A DNA stretch of 64,000 bases from NCBI GenBank assembly GCA_024346625.1, contig AP024664.1, positions 682,001 through 746,000 of the forward strand, given 5' to 3'. This document shows, piece after piece, positions 34,945 to 45,449 of the stretch. The first letter of the stretch is position 1; each line of letters begins with the position of its first letter. The notes under the pieces were generated by a model. That model did not search any database and was not told the origin of the DNA. It worked only from the letters and a program-made list of their open reading frames with translations. Made by a program: the position numbers and the translations under genes. The DNA is from Williopsis jadinii. Its lineage: Eukaryota.

Positions 34945-35570
34945 CGTCCTTGTTCCCTTTCTCTGCTTTCTCTCTCTCTGCTGTTTCAAGCTCGTTCCTT
35001 CCGGGTACGCTGGGCTCTAGCACAACGCAAAAAGCACACACGGATACACACCAGGGGTTAATGTGGGCCTATAGCGCTTTCCAAAGCACACACACACACA
35101 CACACAGAGAGCTTTTGATATGGTGGACCTCCTTCTTTGTAGGAGAAAACGGCGTGACTGAACTCGTGTATAAATGAATGAATCGTACACTTCCTCCGCT
35201 TGTCTCAGTTCCTCCCCGTGTGAATTGAATTACGAAACCGCTCAAAACACCGAATGCCTTCAAGTGTATAACGGAAAGGTTGGTGAAAAGCGTCTGCTCT
35301 CAGTTTTGGAACACGGCTTTTCGTGAGATGGGGTTCGATTCCTTCTTCACTACCTTTTTTTTTGCTTTGCTGTAGCACTTCCCGTACGTGAAACAGCAGA
35401 AACGCGCTCTTAAACCTTTTCCCTTCCCTTTTAGCCCTTTTTTTTGCTGCATGATTACCTAAGAAATGTAAACAGACGCGCGACGCGCTCCACGTGAAAT
35501 TTGAAATTCGGGTTTCCGGTTTTGGCTGTGGGCCACCTCTTTCTGGAGGAGCAACGCGTGATAGTGGCCG

Positions 35571-35630
35571 CGGTGTGCGGATGGAGACAGCGGTGTGCGG
35601 ATGGGGACGGCGGTGTGCGGATGGGGACAG
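35571..35630. repeat. 3 x 20 bp tandem repeat CGGTGTGCGGATGGRGACRG
   Basis: Read directly upstream of HCM1. Confidence 0.93.
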
Positions 35631-36143
35631 CGGGAGCGATCAGAGATAAGGAGCCTGAGGCCAGTGAGACGGGTGGCAGGGAGGAATTGCTCTGTGGATC
35701 GATGGCTCGTCTTGTCCATGCGTCGCATGCTATGTTGTATGTCTTAGGTGTGCAAATGTTCTACTCTGCTTTGCGGGTGTTCCTACAATTCCACGTATGG
35801 CGTAGGCGTGGACCATGGCTCTCTCTCTCGTTCACGCTCTACGCGTCGGCAAAGGTGTATGTCCTCTCGGTTCTTTCAAGGCTCCCGGGGTTGAGCGTTG
35901 GCGGGGCCCTTGCTCAGCAGCGAGGGTGCCATCTCTCATGCCGTCGTGGAACTTGTATACCGATGCCGATATCTTGAAAATCGGCCTGTCCTACCAGGGT
36001 GCACGTCAGTACAAGGACATTAGTCCTTGTCTTTACCGGGCTTAGATTTCGAGCGTGCGTGTTCTATGGCTTCTCTTGCATGGCACTGTCTCAGAACGGC
36101 CTTCTACAGATTGAGCAATTGGTGAGGGTACCGCTAATAGTCT

Positions 36144-37751
36144 TCAGTAAACAAACGTATCCTCTGAATCGTAAACGCATCTCACTTCACCACTGTCCAC
36201 AGTGAAGTAGATGCCTGTTAACACGACGGTGTTGAGTTTTGGACAGTTCTTCACCAAGAACTTCACAGAGTCCAGCATGAAATGCGATACACAGATTGCC
36301 AGAGGCTCGAAGAGGATCTTGTTGAAATCGCACTCCTTAACGTCGTTGAAACATGAAATGTGCTGGAACCCATGGAAGTCCCAATATGTGACAGTTGGAG
36401 GTGTTGATAGCGCATTCAAGTCGTATTGGTTTTGCATTCTGTGACAGAGTTCCCACCCAAACAGTCCAAATAACCTGGGAGAGATCATATCTTTAAAATC
36501 GCCATCGTCTGTGTCGAAATAGGCATGGTCTTGTAGATACTTGTCGTAAAGAGGCAGGAACTTTGAGCAGAATGCACATTCACATCCGTTCCACAAGAGG
36601 TCCGAGGGCAAGATCTCATAGCAGGCACAGCTCTGTAAGAAAGTTGGACATATGAACACCTCTAGATCCTTTAAATGGGGAACAATGTTTTCGTACAGTT
36701 TCCGTCTTCTTAAGTAGTTTCCTTCAAGAGCATTCAGGAGCTTACCGTCCAATGGTGGATTATGGCGTACAGATAGGTATCTAATCTTTGACGGGATGTT
36801 CAAAAGAAACCTACCAACGTCCACATCCCACTCTTCAGTTAGATAGTGGTCCTTCTGGAAGGTGTACTCCTGGAATGATACCTTCTCTAGACTTGTCAGT
36901 TTTGGTGCGATGTCATCCAGAAAGGTCCTCAGACAAGCGCATCCTTCTTCTTGACACCCAACAGTCATTTCTAACTCTTTCAGGCTCGACAGTTCAATAC
37001 AATTGTCGATGAATTCCGAGGTCAGTTCCCTCAAGGCGGTGTTATAATCGTTCACACCGTGTGTATGGTCGAATACAAGTCTGTTCAAGTTCAGCTTTGC
37101 CATTCCAGCATCTGAAAGTCGCTTGAAGAGCCTTAAACTTGCAAATTCTTCATCCACCACGATCAACTCTTTCAGAGATGCCAGCTTATCCAGTGGTGGC
37201 AGATTCAAAGCCTCAGAGTACTTATGTAGTTTCAACGTCAATGACTCGAGCGGTTGTAGTCCTGCAATCTCACCGAGGTCATCTGTAATACAGTTTTTCA
37301 TGGATGGCGTGTTAAAGGCCTTAACTCTTTCATCAAACACGTTCAGTTTCTCAATATTTGGACAGAATCTCTTCAGAGCATCGATTACACTACCCAGACA
37401 TTCAGCGTCACCGTCTTCTGTGAACACGGCGTCATATATCGTGAATTCACGTACGTAGTGGCCGTACTTCGCCAGGCTCTCCACAAGCACCGCACATTTC
37501 AGATAGATGAGGTAGTCGTTCTGGTCCTCACGCTTAAACATCGAGCTCAGCCCACTGACCTCTGTTCTCAGCGACTCAACAAACCAGCCATCATCATGGA
37601 GATTCGGGTTCCTCCTCACGTAGATCTTCCTGTACAGCTTTCTCATACACGGCTCAAGGAACTTCTTCTGAGAACATGCTAAGGCGATCACATCGCTTTG
37701 TGGTAGAAAGGATATGATCCTGTCCACGACATCACAGGGCAGAGACAACAT
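36144..37751 (-). CDS. ROY1: F-box protein, Roy1-like
   Basis: N-terminal F-box LSLPCDVVDRIISFLPQSD; EGNYLRRRKLYE, DLLWNGCECAFC, YWDFHG match Roy1 as remembered. Confidence 0.8.
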   Translation of the reverse strand: MLSLPCDVVDRIISFLPQSDVIALACSQKKFLEPCMRKLYRKIYVRRNPNLHDDGWFVESLRTEVSGLSSMFKREDQNDYLIYLKCAVLVESLAKYGHYVREFTIYDAVFTEDGDAECLGSVIDALKRFCPNIEKLNVFDERVKAFNTPSMKNCITDDLGEIAGLQPLESLTLKLHKYSEALNLPPLDKLASLKELIVVDEEFASLRLFKRLSDAGMAKLNLNRLVFDHTHGVNDYNTALRELTSEFIDNCIELSSLKELEMTVGCQEEGCACLRTFLDDIAPKLTSLEKVSFQEYTFQKDHYLTEEWDVDVGRFLLNIPSKIRYLSVRHNPPLDGKLLNALEGNYLRRRKLYENIVPHLKDLEVFICPTFLQSCACYEILPSDLLWNGCECAFCSKFLPLYDKYLQDHAYFDTDDGDFKDMISPRLFGLFGWELCHRMQNQYDLNALSTPPTVTYWDFHGFQHISCFNDVKECDFNKILFEPLAICVSHFMLDSVKFLVKNCPKLNTVVLTGIYFTVDSGEVRCVYDSEDTFVY

Positions 37752-38021
37752 CACTCCGCTCTTAGTATTTAACACTGCTCTTCAGCACACTGACAGAGGG
37801 AACAAACAACGTACCGGGTGTAATCTGCCATCAGCTCATCATCACCAAAATGGCCTCGAGGATGGCTTCCCCAACAATAGTGGCCGTACCGAAAATAATG
37901 ATGGGCGATTACGTAATCTTTTCACTTCTCCCTCTCTCACAACTTCACCAGCCTCCAGAAGTAAACAATAGGCACGATTTAAGTGGAAGAGCGGCAGGTT
38001 TCATACCATCGAAGAGCGATC

Positions 38022-38495
38022 ATGAGACAGTTCCTATGGCCAATACAGCGACAGCTGTTCTCCACAGCACGTAGCGCTCATGTAAAGGCCAATAAGCTGC
38101 CACCAAGACCGAAGATCAACGAGGATGAAATAACCGAAGTGTTTCTCAAAGGTGGTAGTGGGCCTGGTGGGCAGAAGATCAACAAGACCAACTCAAAGGT
38201 CCAGCTGAAGCATCTGCCCACCGGGATTGTTGTAGAGTGCCAAGCTACGAGATCAAGGGAGCAGAATCGTAAGAGAGCCAGAGAAATACTGGCCATGAAG
38301 GTTCAACATTTGTACGATCCTGAGAATAGCAGGACAAGCATATTGGAACAGAGAAGGATGAACCAAGCACGGACAAAGCAGAAGAAGACCAAGAAGAAAC
38401 ATTCTACTCTGGCTGAGGAGAATGCACAGAGGAAACTACAGCAAGAACAGGAGGAGCTGGAATTCCTGGTGTCACTAGTGAAGCAGAAGGAATAG
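38022..38495 (+). CDS. RSO55: Mitochondrial GGQ release-factor homolog (C12orf65/YLR281C type)
   Basis: Presequence-like N-terminus; [47 protein letters not shown]; basic C-tail. Confidence 0.85.
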   Translation: MRQFLWPIQRQLFSTARSAHVKANKLPPRPKINEDEITEVFLKGGSGPGGQKINKTNSKVQLKHLPTGIVVECQATRSREQNRKRAREILAMKVQHLYDPENSRTSILEQRRMNQARTKQKKTKKKHSTLAEENAQRKLQQEQEELEFLVSLVKQKE

Positions 38496-38569
38496 GCTGG
38501 GCTTACAAGATGGGCTAGTATCTGTAAAATGTAATTTAACTAACGAAGCTTTATGAAGAAGAAATGGGA

Positions 38570-41500
38570 TTAAGTGATGGGAAGAGTAGTGTCATGGACT
38601 AGGATGGTCTTCTCCATACCGGTGTTTGCTCTAGAGAAAGATACATAACGGTCGAATGGGTTCTTTCTCTCCAAATCGTACTCTGGGTTATGGGAGTGTT
38701 CCACCTTGAAGTACAGTCTCTTGAAGAACTTGTAAAGCTCACATCCAGCCCAGAAAGCAGCAGTATAAGCAAAGGCAACACCCCATTCCTTACCGATAGA
38801 CCCGTGTAAGAACACTTTGTCATTGATGACAGGGATATAAACAACAGGGAAACAAGAGAGGAATGCTCCGATGACTGACCAGAACAAGAACTGGTTACCC
38901 CAAAGATCCTTGAAAACCTGTGTGTATGGTGTGTCAGTATCTGGCTTCATGGCAAATAGCGAACGTCTCATATCAATGACTTCCCAGGCCAAGATCAAAG
39001 CTCCCCATGTCATGGTAGCAAATGCACACGAACGAGCACGGAACACCCATCTACAGACATCGCTAGGACCGTTGTTACAGTCATAGCCGAACTGGGCATC
39101 ACCAAAGCCATACATAACAGTGGTGAACGAAGCCAAACAAGCAATCGTCAGAATGACACCATAGATGAACAAATCGATAAGCATTTCCCAGGAAAAGACA
39201 GACTCATTAGAGGGTTTCGGGTCCTTCTCCATAACGTCTGGTTGAGCAGCTTCAACACCCAAGCCCATGGCAGGGAAACATGACGTAACAACAATGATCC
39301 ATAACACTTCAACAGGAGACAATGGGAAAACAGACACATCGTTATCATCTTTGAAGACCAGACCAATCATCAAGAACAAAGCTTGACAGACGTTTTCAGC
39401 CAGGAGTTGTAGCACAAACTTCTGAATGTTGTCGTTCATTCTTCTGCCTTCTTCTATTGCATTGATGATAGAGGCAAAGTTATCATCACTCAAAACAATA
39501 TCAGAGGCATCTTTGGCAACATCTGAGCCGGAAATACCCATGGCAATGCCAACATCGGCCTTCTTCAAAGATGGAGAGTCGTTGACACCATCACCAGTCA
39601 TAGCACAGAACTTGTTGCGACGGTGCAATGCATCAATCATTCTGACCTTCGTCTTTGGAGAACAACGGGCGATAACCAATGGTAACACTGGCAATTTATC
39701 AACTGCTTCATCACTCAAGTCGTCAAATTGTTGAGCAGTCATGACCATAACGTCAACAATCTCCTGAGAGTAGTTGTATAGGTTGTGTGGTAAGATACCA
39801 ACTTCTTGGGCAATGGCCTTTGCCGTACCAGGGTGATCACCAGTCAACATGTGGACATTGATACCAGCTCTGTGACATTTTTTGACAGCACCACGAGATT
39901 CAAGACGAGGGGGATCATAGATACCAACCAAACCCAGGAATGTCAGGTCAGACTCTACATTTTCACGGTTGGTGATGTCGAAAGAACCTGGAACGACCTT
40001 GTGAGCAAACGACAGGACACGTAAACCTTCAGATGACATGGCATTCATGTTATCCTCAATGACCTTAACATCTTTCTCAGTTAATGGTGTAAGAGCACCG
40101 TTGACATACCAGTTGACACAGCTTCCCAGCACACGTTCGACAGCACCCTTTGTATAAATGAGCTTGTGATCCGGATCTGAGACTTTTGAGTAGATAGCGG
40201 ACATCTTTTTGACTGAGGAATCGAATGGGAATTCAGCAAGATGTTTGTAAGGCGCATCCTCACCTTCAGTGAACTGTTCACGAGCATAGTTGTTTCTGTG
40301 TGCAAAGACTTGAATTGCAATTTCCGTTGGATCACCATGTGCTTTCCAATCACCATGTTCATCTTGGAAAACAGTAGCAATGTTGGCCATCGTTGCTGTT
40401 TCCAACCACTTGTTGAATAGATCATTTGGCTTGAGATCCTGGTACGCCGAGCTCTTCTCATCCTGAGATTGGGATAGCTCATATGGAGACAACAACTGGA
40501 ACTTAACCTCACCAATAGTTGGGTTGAAAGGCTCTTGAGAGTTAATAACTTGATAAGTACCAACAGAAGGGACCCAACATGACTTGACAATCATCTTTCC
40601 TTGAGTCAGGGTACCAGTTTTATCTGAACAAATGTCATTGATGGAACCTAGAGCCTCCAAAGAGTCCAACTTTCTCACAATGACATGCTTGTTGGACATA
40701 ACCTTTGCACCAACAGACATGGTGATTGTTAAAACAACAATCAACGAGGATGGAATCATGGAGATAGCAACACAGATGGCATATATGGCAACTTCACTTG
40801 TCACAACAAACTTTTGAGAAGCCATCACGATGATGGCAAATACAACAGCAATCGCAAACAAAATCAGGGCCAGCTTGGATAACTTTCTGGACAATGGAGT
40901 ACCCACAGTGGTGCCCAAGAAGGTTCCAATAGCATCTTTGGTGACATTCCACAGGTTTGTCATTGTCGAGGTATTTTCGTCACCTTTTAAGGATCTTTTG
41001 GTTCCTTTCAAAGATTGCGCAATCTCACCAATCTCAGTGCTGAGCCCTGTCTTAACGGCAATACCGGTTGCACGACCTTTAGTGACGATAGATGAAGAGA
41101 AGGCCATGTTGAGACGATCACCGACGCCAATCACGTCGTCGTAGACAACTGTCTGATCTTTAGCGACTGGTAAGGACTCACCGGTCAGCAGCGCTTCGTC
41201 AGTCTCAAAGTTCAAACATTCGACGATTCTAATATCCGCAGGAACGGTGTCTCCAACCTTGACCTGGACGATATCACCTGGGACAACGCATTTCGTCGCA
41301 ATGGTGGTCAATTCACCATTCCTGTACACTCTAGCAGTTGGGGAGGACAAGGATTTCAACGAGTTCATGGTCTTTGAGGCCTTGTACTCCTGTTGGGAGC
41401 CGATGGCGACATTGATAAAGACAACGAAGGCAATGACACCACCCGAGATCCAATCCCTGACACCGAAGCAGATAACCATCGAGATGAAGAGCACCAGGAT

Positions 41501-41776
41501 CATCGCATTGAAGGTCTGATGGATCACAATACTGGTGAGCGAGATCTTCTGGTCATCACCAAGAGTATTCTCACCAAACGCCGCCAGCATCTCCTCCGCT
41601 CTCTTCGTGGACAAGCCCTCCAACACGTTAGTGCTGAAGAGCTTCTCCACTTGGCTTACCGTCATACGGTAGTGCTCACAGTCTTGTGGCTGAGAGGCAT
41701 ACTCCCCTGCGGAAGCCTTGGACACCTCTTTTGATAGTGCAATCGTATTCCGCTTTAACGAATCATCCTCAGTCAT
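38570..41776 (-). CDS. ENA1: P-type IID Na+/K+-exporting ATPase
   Basis: DEALLTGES, ICSDKTGTLTQGKM, MLTGDH, MTGDGVNDSPSLK, FVLQLLAENV. Confidence 0.96.
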   Translation of the reverse strand: MTEDDSLKRNTIALSKEVSKASAGEYASQPQDCEHYRMTVSQVEKLFSTNVLEGLSTKRAEEMLAAFGENTLGDDQKISLTSIVIHQTFNAMILVLFISMVICFGVRDWISGGVIAFVVFINVAIGSQQEYKASKTMNSLKSLSSPTARVYRNGELTTIATKCVVPGDIVQVKVGDTVPADIRIVECLNFETDEALLTGESLPVAKDQTVVYDDVIGVGDRLNMAFSSSIVTKGRATGIAVKTGLSTEIGEIAQSLKGTKRSLKGDENTSTMTNLWNVTKDAIGTFLGTTVGTPLSRKLSKLALILFAIAVVFAIIVMASQKFVVTSEVAIYAICVAISMIPSSLIVVLTITMSVGAKVMSNKHVIVRKLDSLEALGSINDICSDKTGTLTQGKMIVKSCWVPSVGTYQVINSQEPFNPTIGEVKFQLLSPYELSQSQDEKSSAYQDLKPNDLFNKWLETATMANIATVFQDEHGDWKAHGDPTEIAIQVFAHRNNYAREQFTEGEDAPYKHLAEFPFDSSVKKMSAIYSKVSDPDHKLIYTKGAVERVLGSCVNWYVNGALTPLTEKDVKVIEDNMNAMSSEGLRVLSFAHKVVPGSFDITNRENVESDLTFLGLVGIYDPPRLESRGAVKKCHRAGINVHMLTGDHPGTAKAIAQEVGILPHNLYNYSQEIVDVMVMTAQQFDDLSDEAVDKLPVLPLVIARCSPKTKVRMIDALHRRNKFCAMTGDGVNDSPSLKKADVGIAMGISGSDVAKDASDIVLSDDNFASIINAIEEGRRMNDNIQKFVLQLLAENVCQALFLMIGLVFKDDNDVSVFPLSPVEVLWIIVVTSCFPAMGLGVEAAQPDVMEKDPKPSNESVFSWEMLIDLFIYGVILTIACLASFTTVMYGFGDAQFGYDCNNGPSDVCRWVFRARSCAFATMTWGALILAWEVIDMRRSLFAMKPDTDTPYTQVFKDLWGNQFLFWSVIGAFLSCFPVVYIPVINDKVFLHGSIGKEWGVAFAYTAAFWAGCELYKFFKRLYFKVEHSHNPEYDLERKNPFDRYVSFSRANTGMEKTILVHDTTLPIT

Positions 41777-42098
41777 ACCCTCTAGTAGATCCTACCGAAA
41801 AAAGACTAGATCACACTGTAGAAGTATTTAGATAGTAGAGCATTACGACTGAGTTATCCGATGGAATTTATCGAGCCCTCAAGGACTTTATATTGCCTTC
41901 TCCATCACTGAGCAATATACATAATGTGTCTCCAACCAACAAGCAAGGCAGCAGCCCAGAGCATGTACCTGTATGAGGGTGCTTAAACGCGCATAGCATA
42001 CATTGAGCAAGCAGAAAAAATCCGTTGGTTCCTTTTTCCCACTGTGAATTTTCAATATGCTTTGTAAGCAATTTGACAGGGCGTGGAGAATCGTGTGA

Positions 42099-42338
42099 GC
42101 CAGGATAACGACCGTTAATCTGGTTTTGATGGGATCATTAAGCTGAGATTTGCAAACAGAGCGACTGTAAAATTGTATTGCGGTAAAGAAATAGGCAAAT
42201 GTTCACACTGGGAAAAACTAAGCCAGGGGATTAAAGACGATCCACGTGGATGAGGTTCAACGGCGTAGTTGAAGTCTTGGCTGAAAAAATCTTGTTTTGT
42301 AAAGTGCTGTGTTTTCTTAGTGTATGTGACTAGCCAAG
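42099..42338. promoter_or_regulatory. ENA1 upstream cluster of four GCCARG (Rim101/PacC-type) sites
   Basis: GCCAGG 42099 and 42222, CTTGGC 42276, GCCAAG 42333; CACGTG at 42243. Confidence 0.55.
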
Positions 42339-43328
42339 TGTTTTTGGTGTTTAATATTTCGCCAATGAGTACGGGGTTGATGTTGTAAATGCAGCTCGTA
42401 TGATATCGGGCACATGCCTGTTCAGGGATCTTTCGCCCCAATTGGCACGTTTTCCATTCATTTCATGCGCTTTTTGTTCTATTGGGCTGAGGAGAGCTTG
42501 AAGGATGTCATGGAATACGTTTGGCGAGTTCACTAATCAAAGATTCCAATTAATTGTGTAGGCATTGTTGTACGGCATCACACGATACAGGAGTTTTGAA
42601 AAATCCTTTCTTTAACTGCTAGTTAGCCCTACTACGGACAGTTTATCGTAGAGTTGTTATTCCATCGCAAAAGTGCCGGGGAGGGGGCACAGTACAAAGG
42701 ATGCAGTGGAAAGGTCAATTCTTGAACATAAACCACGATTAACTATTCCCATGCATGCTAACTAGCTGATCTCACATTACGTGTAGAATAACCCAAACCA
42801 CTCAGATCTGTTGCATATTCGATGTATTCATCTAGAACCATCAATAGTGGACAGTTAATTCCACAAATCAAGGTACGACAACGTTGACGAGTGTCAACTA
42901 CAAATCTCCGGTCTACACTGAGGTGAAAATAAGCAGACACCAACCTCTTGACTCCTATTCCATCCCACTGAGTCCAATGAGTGATCCCCGATATTAGGGC
43001 TATTGGTCTATGCCTGAATTGTGATCTGACCTTTCTACCGTAGACCTTCAAGTCATCGACACACTTTGCCCGTGAGTTAAAGTTTTGCTGCAGTATGCAA
43101 CATGCCATTGGTGTGCATGGATTTGATTTTTGGTTGCAATATGCAGCCATTTTCCCCTGCTTTGAGCCGGGTAACTATTTTAAGAATCCATTACGTAATG
43201 TCTTAGTAAGCTTACGTAAGACAGAATCCGAGAACGTTGAACGAGACAGCGCATCACACACAAGCAGGTTGTGTATAAAGCATAGAGCGAAAGAGAGTAA
43301 GCAAACGACTAAAAGCATTTAAACGCAG

Positions 43329-44495
43329 ATGTACTCGAGGAATGAGATCTTGGTTGTCGTGGGATCAGTCGTTCTACGAAGCGCAATCTCGCTTTGCCTG
43401 CCTGGTGTGTCAAAGACGCTGCAGTCATCGATACAACTCTCAACCTTGATGACCTCACACGCGTCGTTGTTGGAAGGTGTATACCTACAAGAGCTTGGAT
43501 TAGATCCATATGACGGAGGCTTGGTACATCAGGCGCCACTGCTGGTCTCGTTGATGTCACAACTACAGGGCACATACGATCTGCTGTACCCGCTAATTGA
43601 TGCGTACATCGTCATCACACTGATCAAGCTTGCGAAAGCCAAAAACTTAAAGCTGGCACCTTGGATTGTCGGTGCCAGCTATGCCTTCAACCCTATAGCT
43701 GTGCTAGCTAACCAGGCCAAGTCCAGCATGATCTTTACGAACGCCTCCATTGTTAGTGCCCTGTACTACGCAGTTGAAGGCTACGCTTCCCTAAGTGCTC
43801 TATGGATTGCAATTGCCTCGTATCTGAGTTATACCCCAGTTTTCCTCATCATTCCATTGACAAAGGTTGTGGCTAGAGCCGGGAATGTACTGAACTTCAT
43901 CTCCGTGTTGATATTGTCTGTGGGGCTGCTCATCGGTGCAAGTTACCAAATAACCGGGGATTGGAAGTTTTTAAACTCCACTTATATGACGGTGATTTCA
44001 TTCTCTAAGATTGCTCCAAATATGGGACTGTGGTGGTATTTCTTCACTGAGATGTTTGAGTTCTTCATCCCATTCTACACAATGGTATTTTCACTGTACA
44101 ACGTTGCATTTGTCGTACCAATAGCGTTGAAAATAGAAGGCCTGTTTGCCTTTGTGATGACCATTGGATGGCTGAATTTCAGCAAACCATACCCTGAACT
44201 GACAGATCTACCAGTATACCTCTCGCTGCTGTTGATTTTGGAGCCGTGCTTTCCTTATCTGGGTTACGTACTGCTCTCTGCCCTCCTGTTCCTCCATTCG
44301 ATCATCCTTGCGCCAATCTTCTATCACCTGTGGATCGACTTGGGATCTGGCAATTCCAACTTCTTCTACGCAATCACACTCGCATACTCCTTGGCCATGG
44401 CAACCACCATTGGTGATTTCCTGTGGGCCTATGTCCAAATGTCCTATCACGATGATCATCCAGAGGAGAAGAACGTCAAGCTATCGCAGCTGTGA
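43329..44495 (+). CDS. GAB1: GPI transamidase subunit PIG-U
   Basis: EGVYL..LDPYDGGLVHQAPL, PNMGLWWYFFTEMFEFF, YHLWIDLGSGNSNFFYAITL. Confidence 0.95.
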   Translation: MYSRNEILVVVGSVVLRSAISLCLPGVSKTLQSSIQLSTLMTSHASLLEGVYLQELGLDPYDGGLVHQAPLLVSLMSQLQGTYDLLYPLIDAYIVITLIKLAKAKNLKLAPWIVGASYAFNPIAVLANQAKSSMIFTNASIVSALYYAVEGYASLSALWIAIASYLSYTPVFLIIPLTKVVARAGNVLNFISVLILSVGLLIGASYQITGDWKFLNSTYMTVISFSKIAPNMGLWWYFFTEMFEFFIPFYTMVFSLYNVAFVVPIALKIEGLFAFVMTIGWLNFSKPYPELTDLPVYLSLLLILEPCFPYLGYVLLSALLFLHSIILAPIFYHLWIDLGSGNSNFFYAITLAYSLAMATTIGDFLWAYVQMSYHDDHPEEKNVKLSQL

Positions 44496-44600
44496 GGTTC
44501 TTTTATATGGGGACATATTGAACCGCACTATATAACAGCCTTGATGGAACCACTGGTGTTCCACAATACAACTCAGTAAGCTATTTATAGTAGAGGCGAT

Positions 44601-45253
44601 GGGCTCAGCAGGCTCAGCAGGCTCATTAGGTTCAGCAGGCTCAGCAGGCTCATTAGGCTCATTAGGCTCATTAGGCTCAGCAGGCTCATTAGGCTCATTA
44701 GGCTCATTAGGCTCAGCAGGCTCATTAGGCCCAGCCGGCTCAGCAGACCCAGAAGGCTAGCGTAGGCTCATTAGGCTCAGTAGGCTCAGTAGGCCCAGCA
44801 GGCCCAGCAGGTCCAGCAGGCTAGCGTAGGCTCATTAGGCTCATTAGGCCCAGCAGGCCCAGCAGGCCCAGCAGGCTAGCGTAGGCTCATTAGGCTCATT
44901 AGGCCCAGCAGGCCCAGCAGGCCCAGCAGGCTAGCGTAGGCTCATTAGGCTCAGCAGGCTCAGCAGGCCCAGCCGGCTCAGCAGACCCAGCCGGCTAGCG
45001 TAGGCTCATTAGGCTCATTAGGCCCAGCAGGCCCAGCAGGCTAGCGTAGGCCCAGCAGGCTCAGCAGGCCCAGTAGGCTCAACAAGCTCAGCAGGCTCAG
45101 CAGGCTCGGCAGGATCAGTAGGCTCGGATGGCTCATTAGGCTCAGCAGGCTCATTAGGCTCAGCAGGCCCAGCAGGCTCAGCAGGTCCAGCAGGCTAGCG
45201 TAGGCTCATTAGGCTCAGCAGGCCCAGCAGGCTCAGCAGGCCCAGCAGGCCCA
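44601..45253. repeat. ~650 bp minisatellite of 9 bp variant units (AGGCTCAGC, AGGCTCATT, AGGCCCAGC) with occasional 10 bp AGGCTAGCGT
   Basis: Roughly 70 units; an exact 55 bp higher-order duplication near 44818-44927. Confidence 0.97.
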
Positions 45254-45449
45254 CCCAGCCCACCGCCCGTCGTGGCCGAGGCGTGCCTGCACCAAGTTCT
45301 AAGCGAAATACCGAAGCTGCGTTCCAAATCCTAATGAGCAGCACTTGCTGCCGGCTGTTTGTATCAGGGGAAAAAGCGTTGGAGTTGATGCGGGCCCAGG
45401 CAACGCCAGTGGAATATTAACAAGCAGCCAGGCTCCACTAGCGCAAAAG

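Noticed and set aside
43088..43147. Imperfect hairpin containing an Sm-like ATTTTTGG
   Set aside because: No snRNA or snoRNA hallmark sequences recognised; too weak without an Rfam search.
44599..44760. Short (AGS/LGS)n ORF at the start of the minisatellite; also the array's CRISPR-like or telomere-like appearance
   Set aside because: Only about 53 codons generated by the repeat; there are no unique spacers, the context is eukaryotic, and I cannot match the unit to a telomeric repeat.
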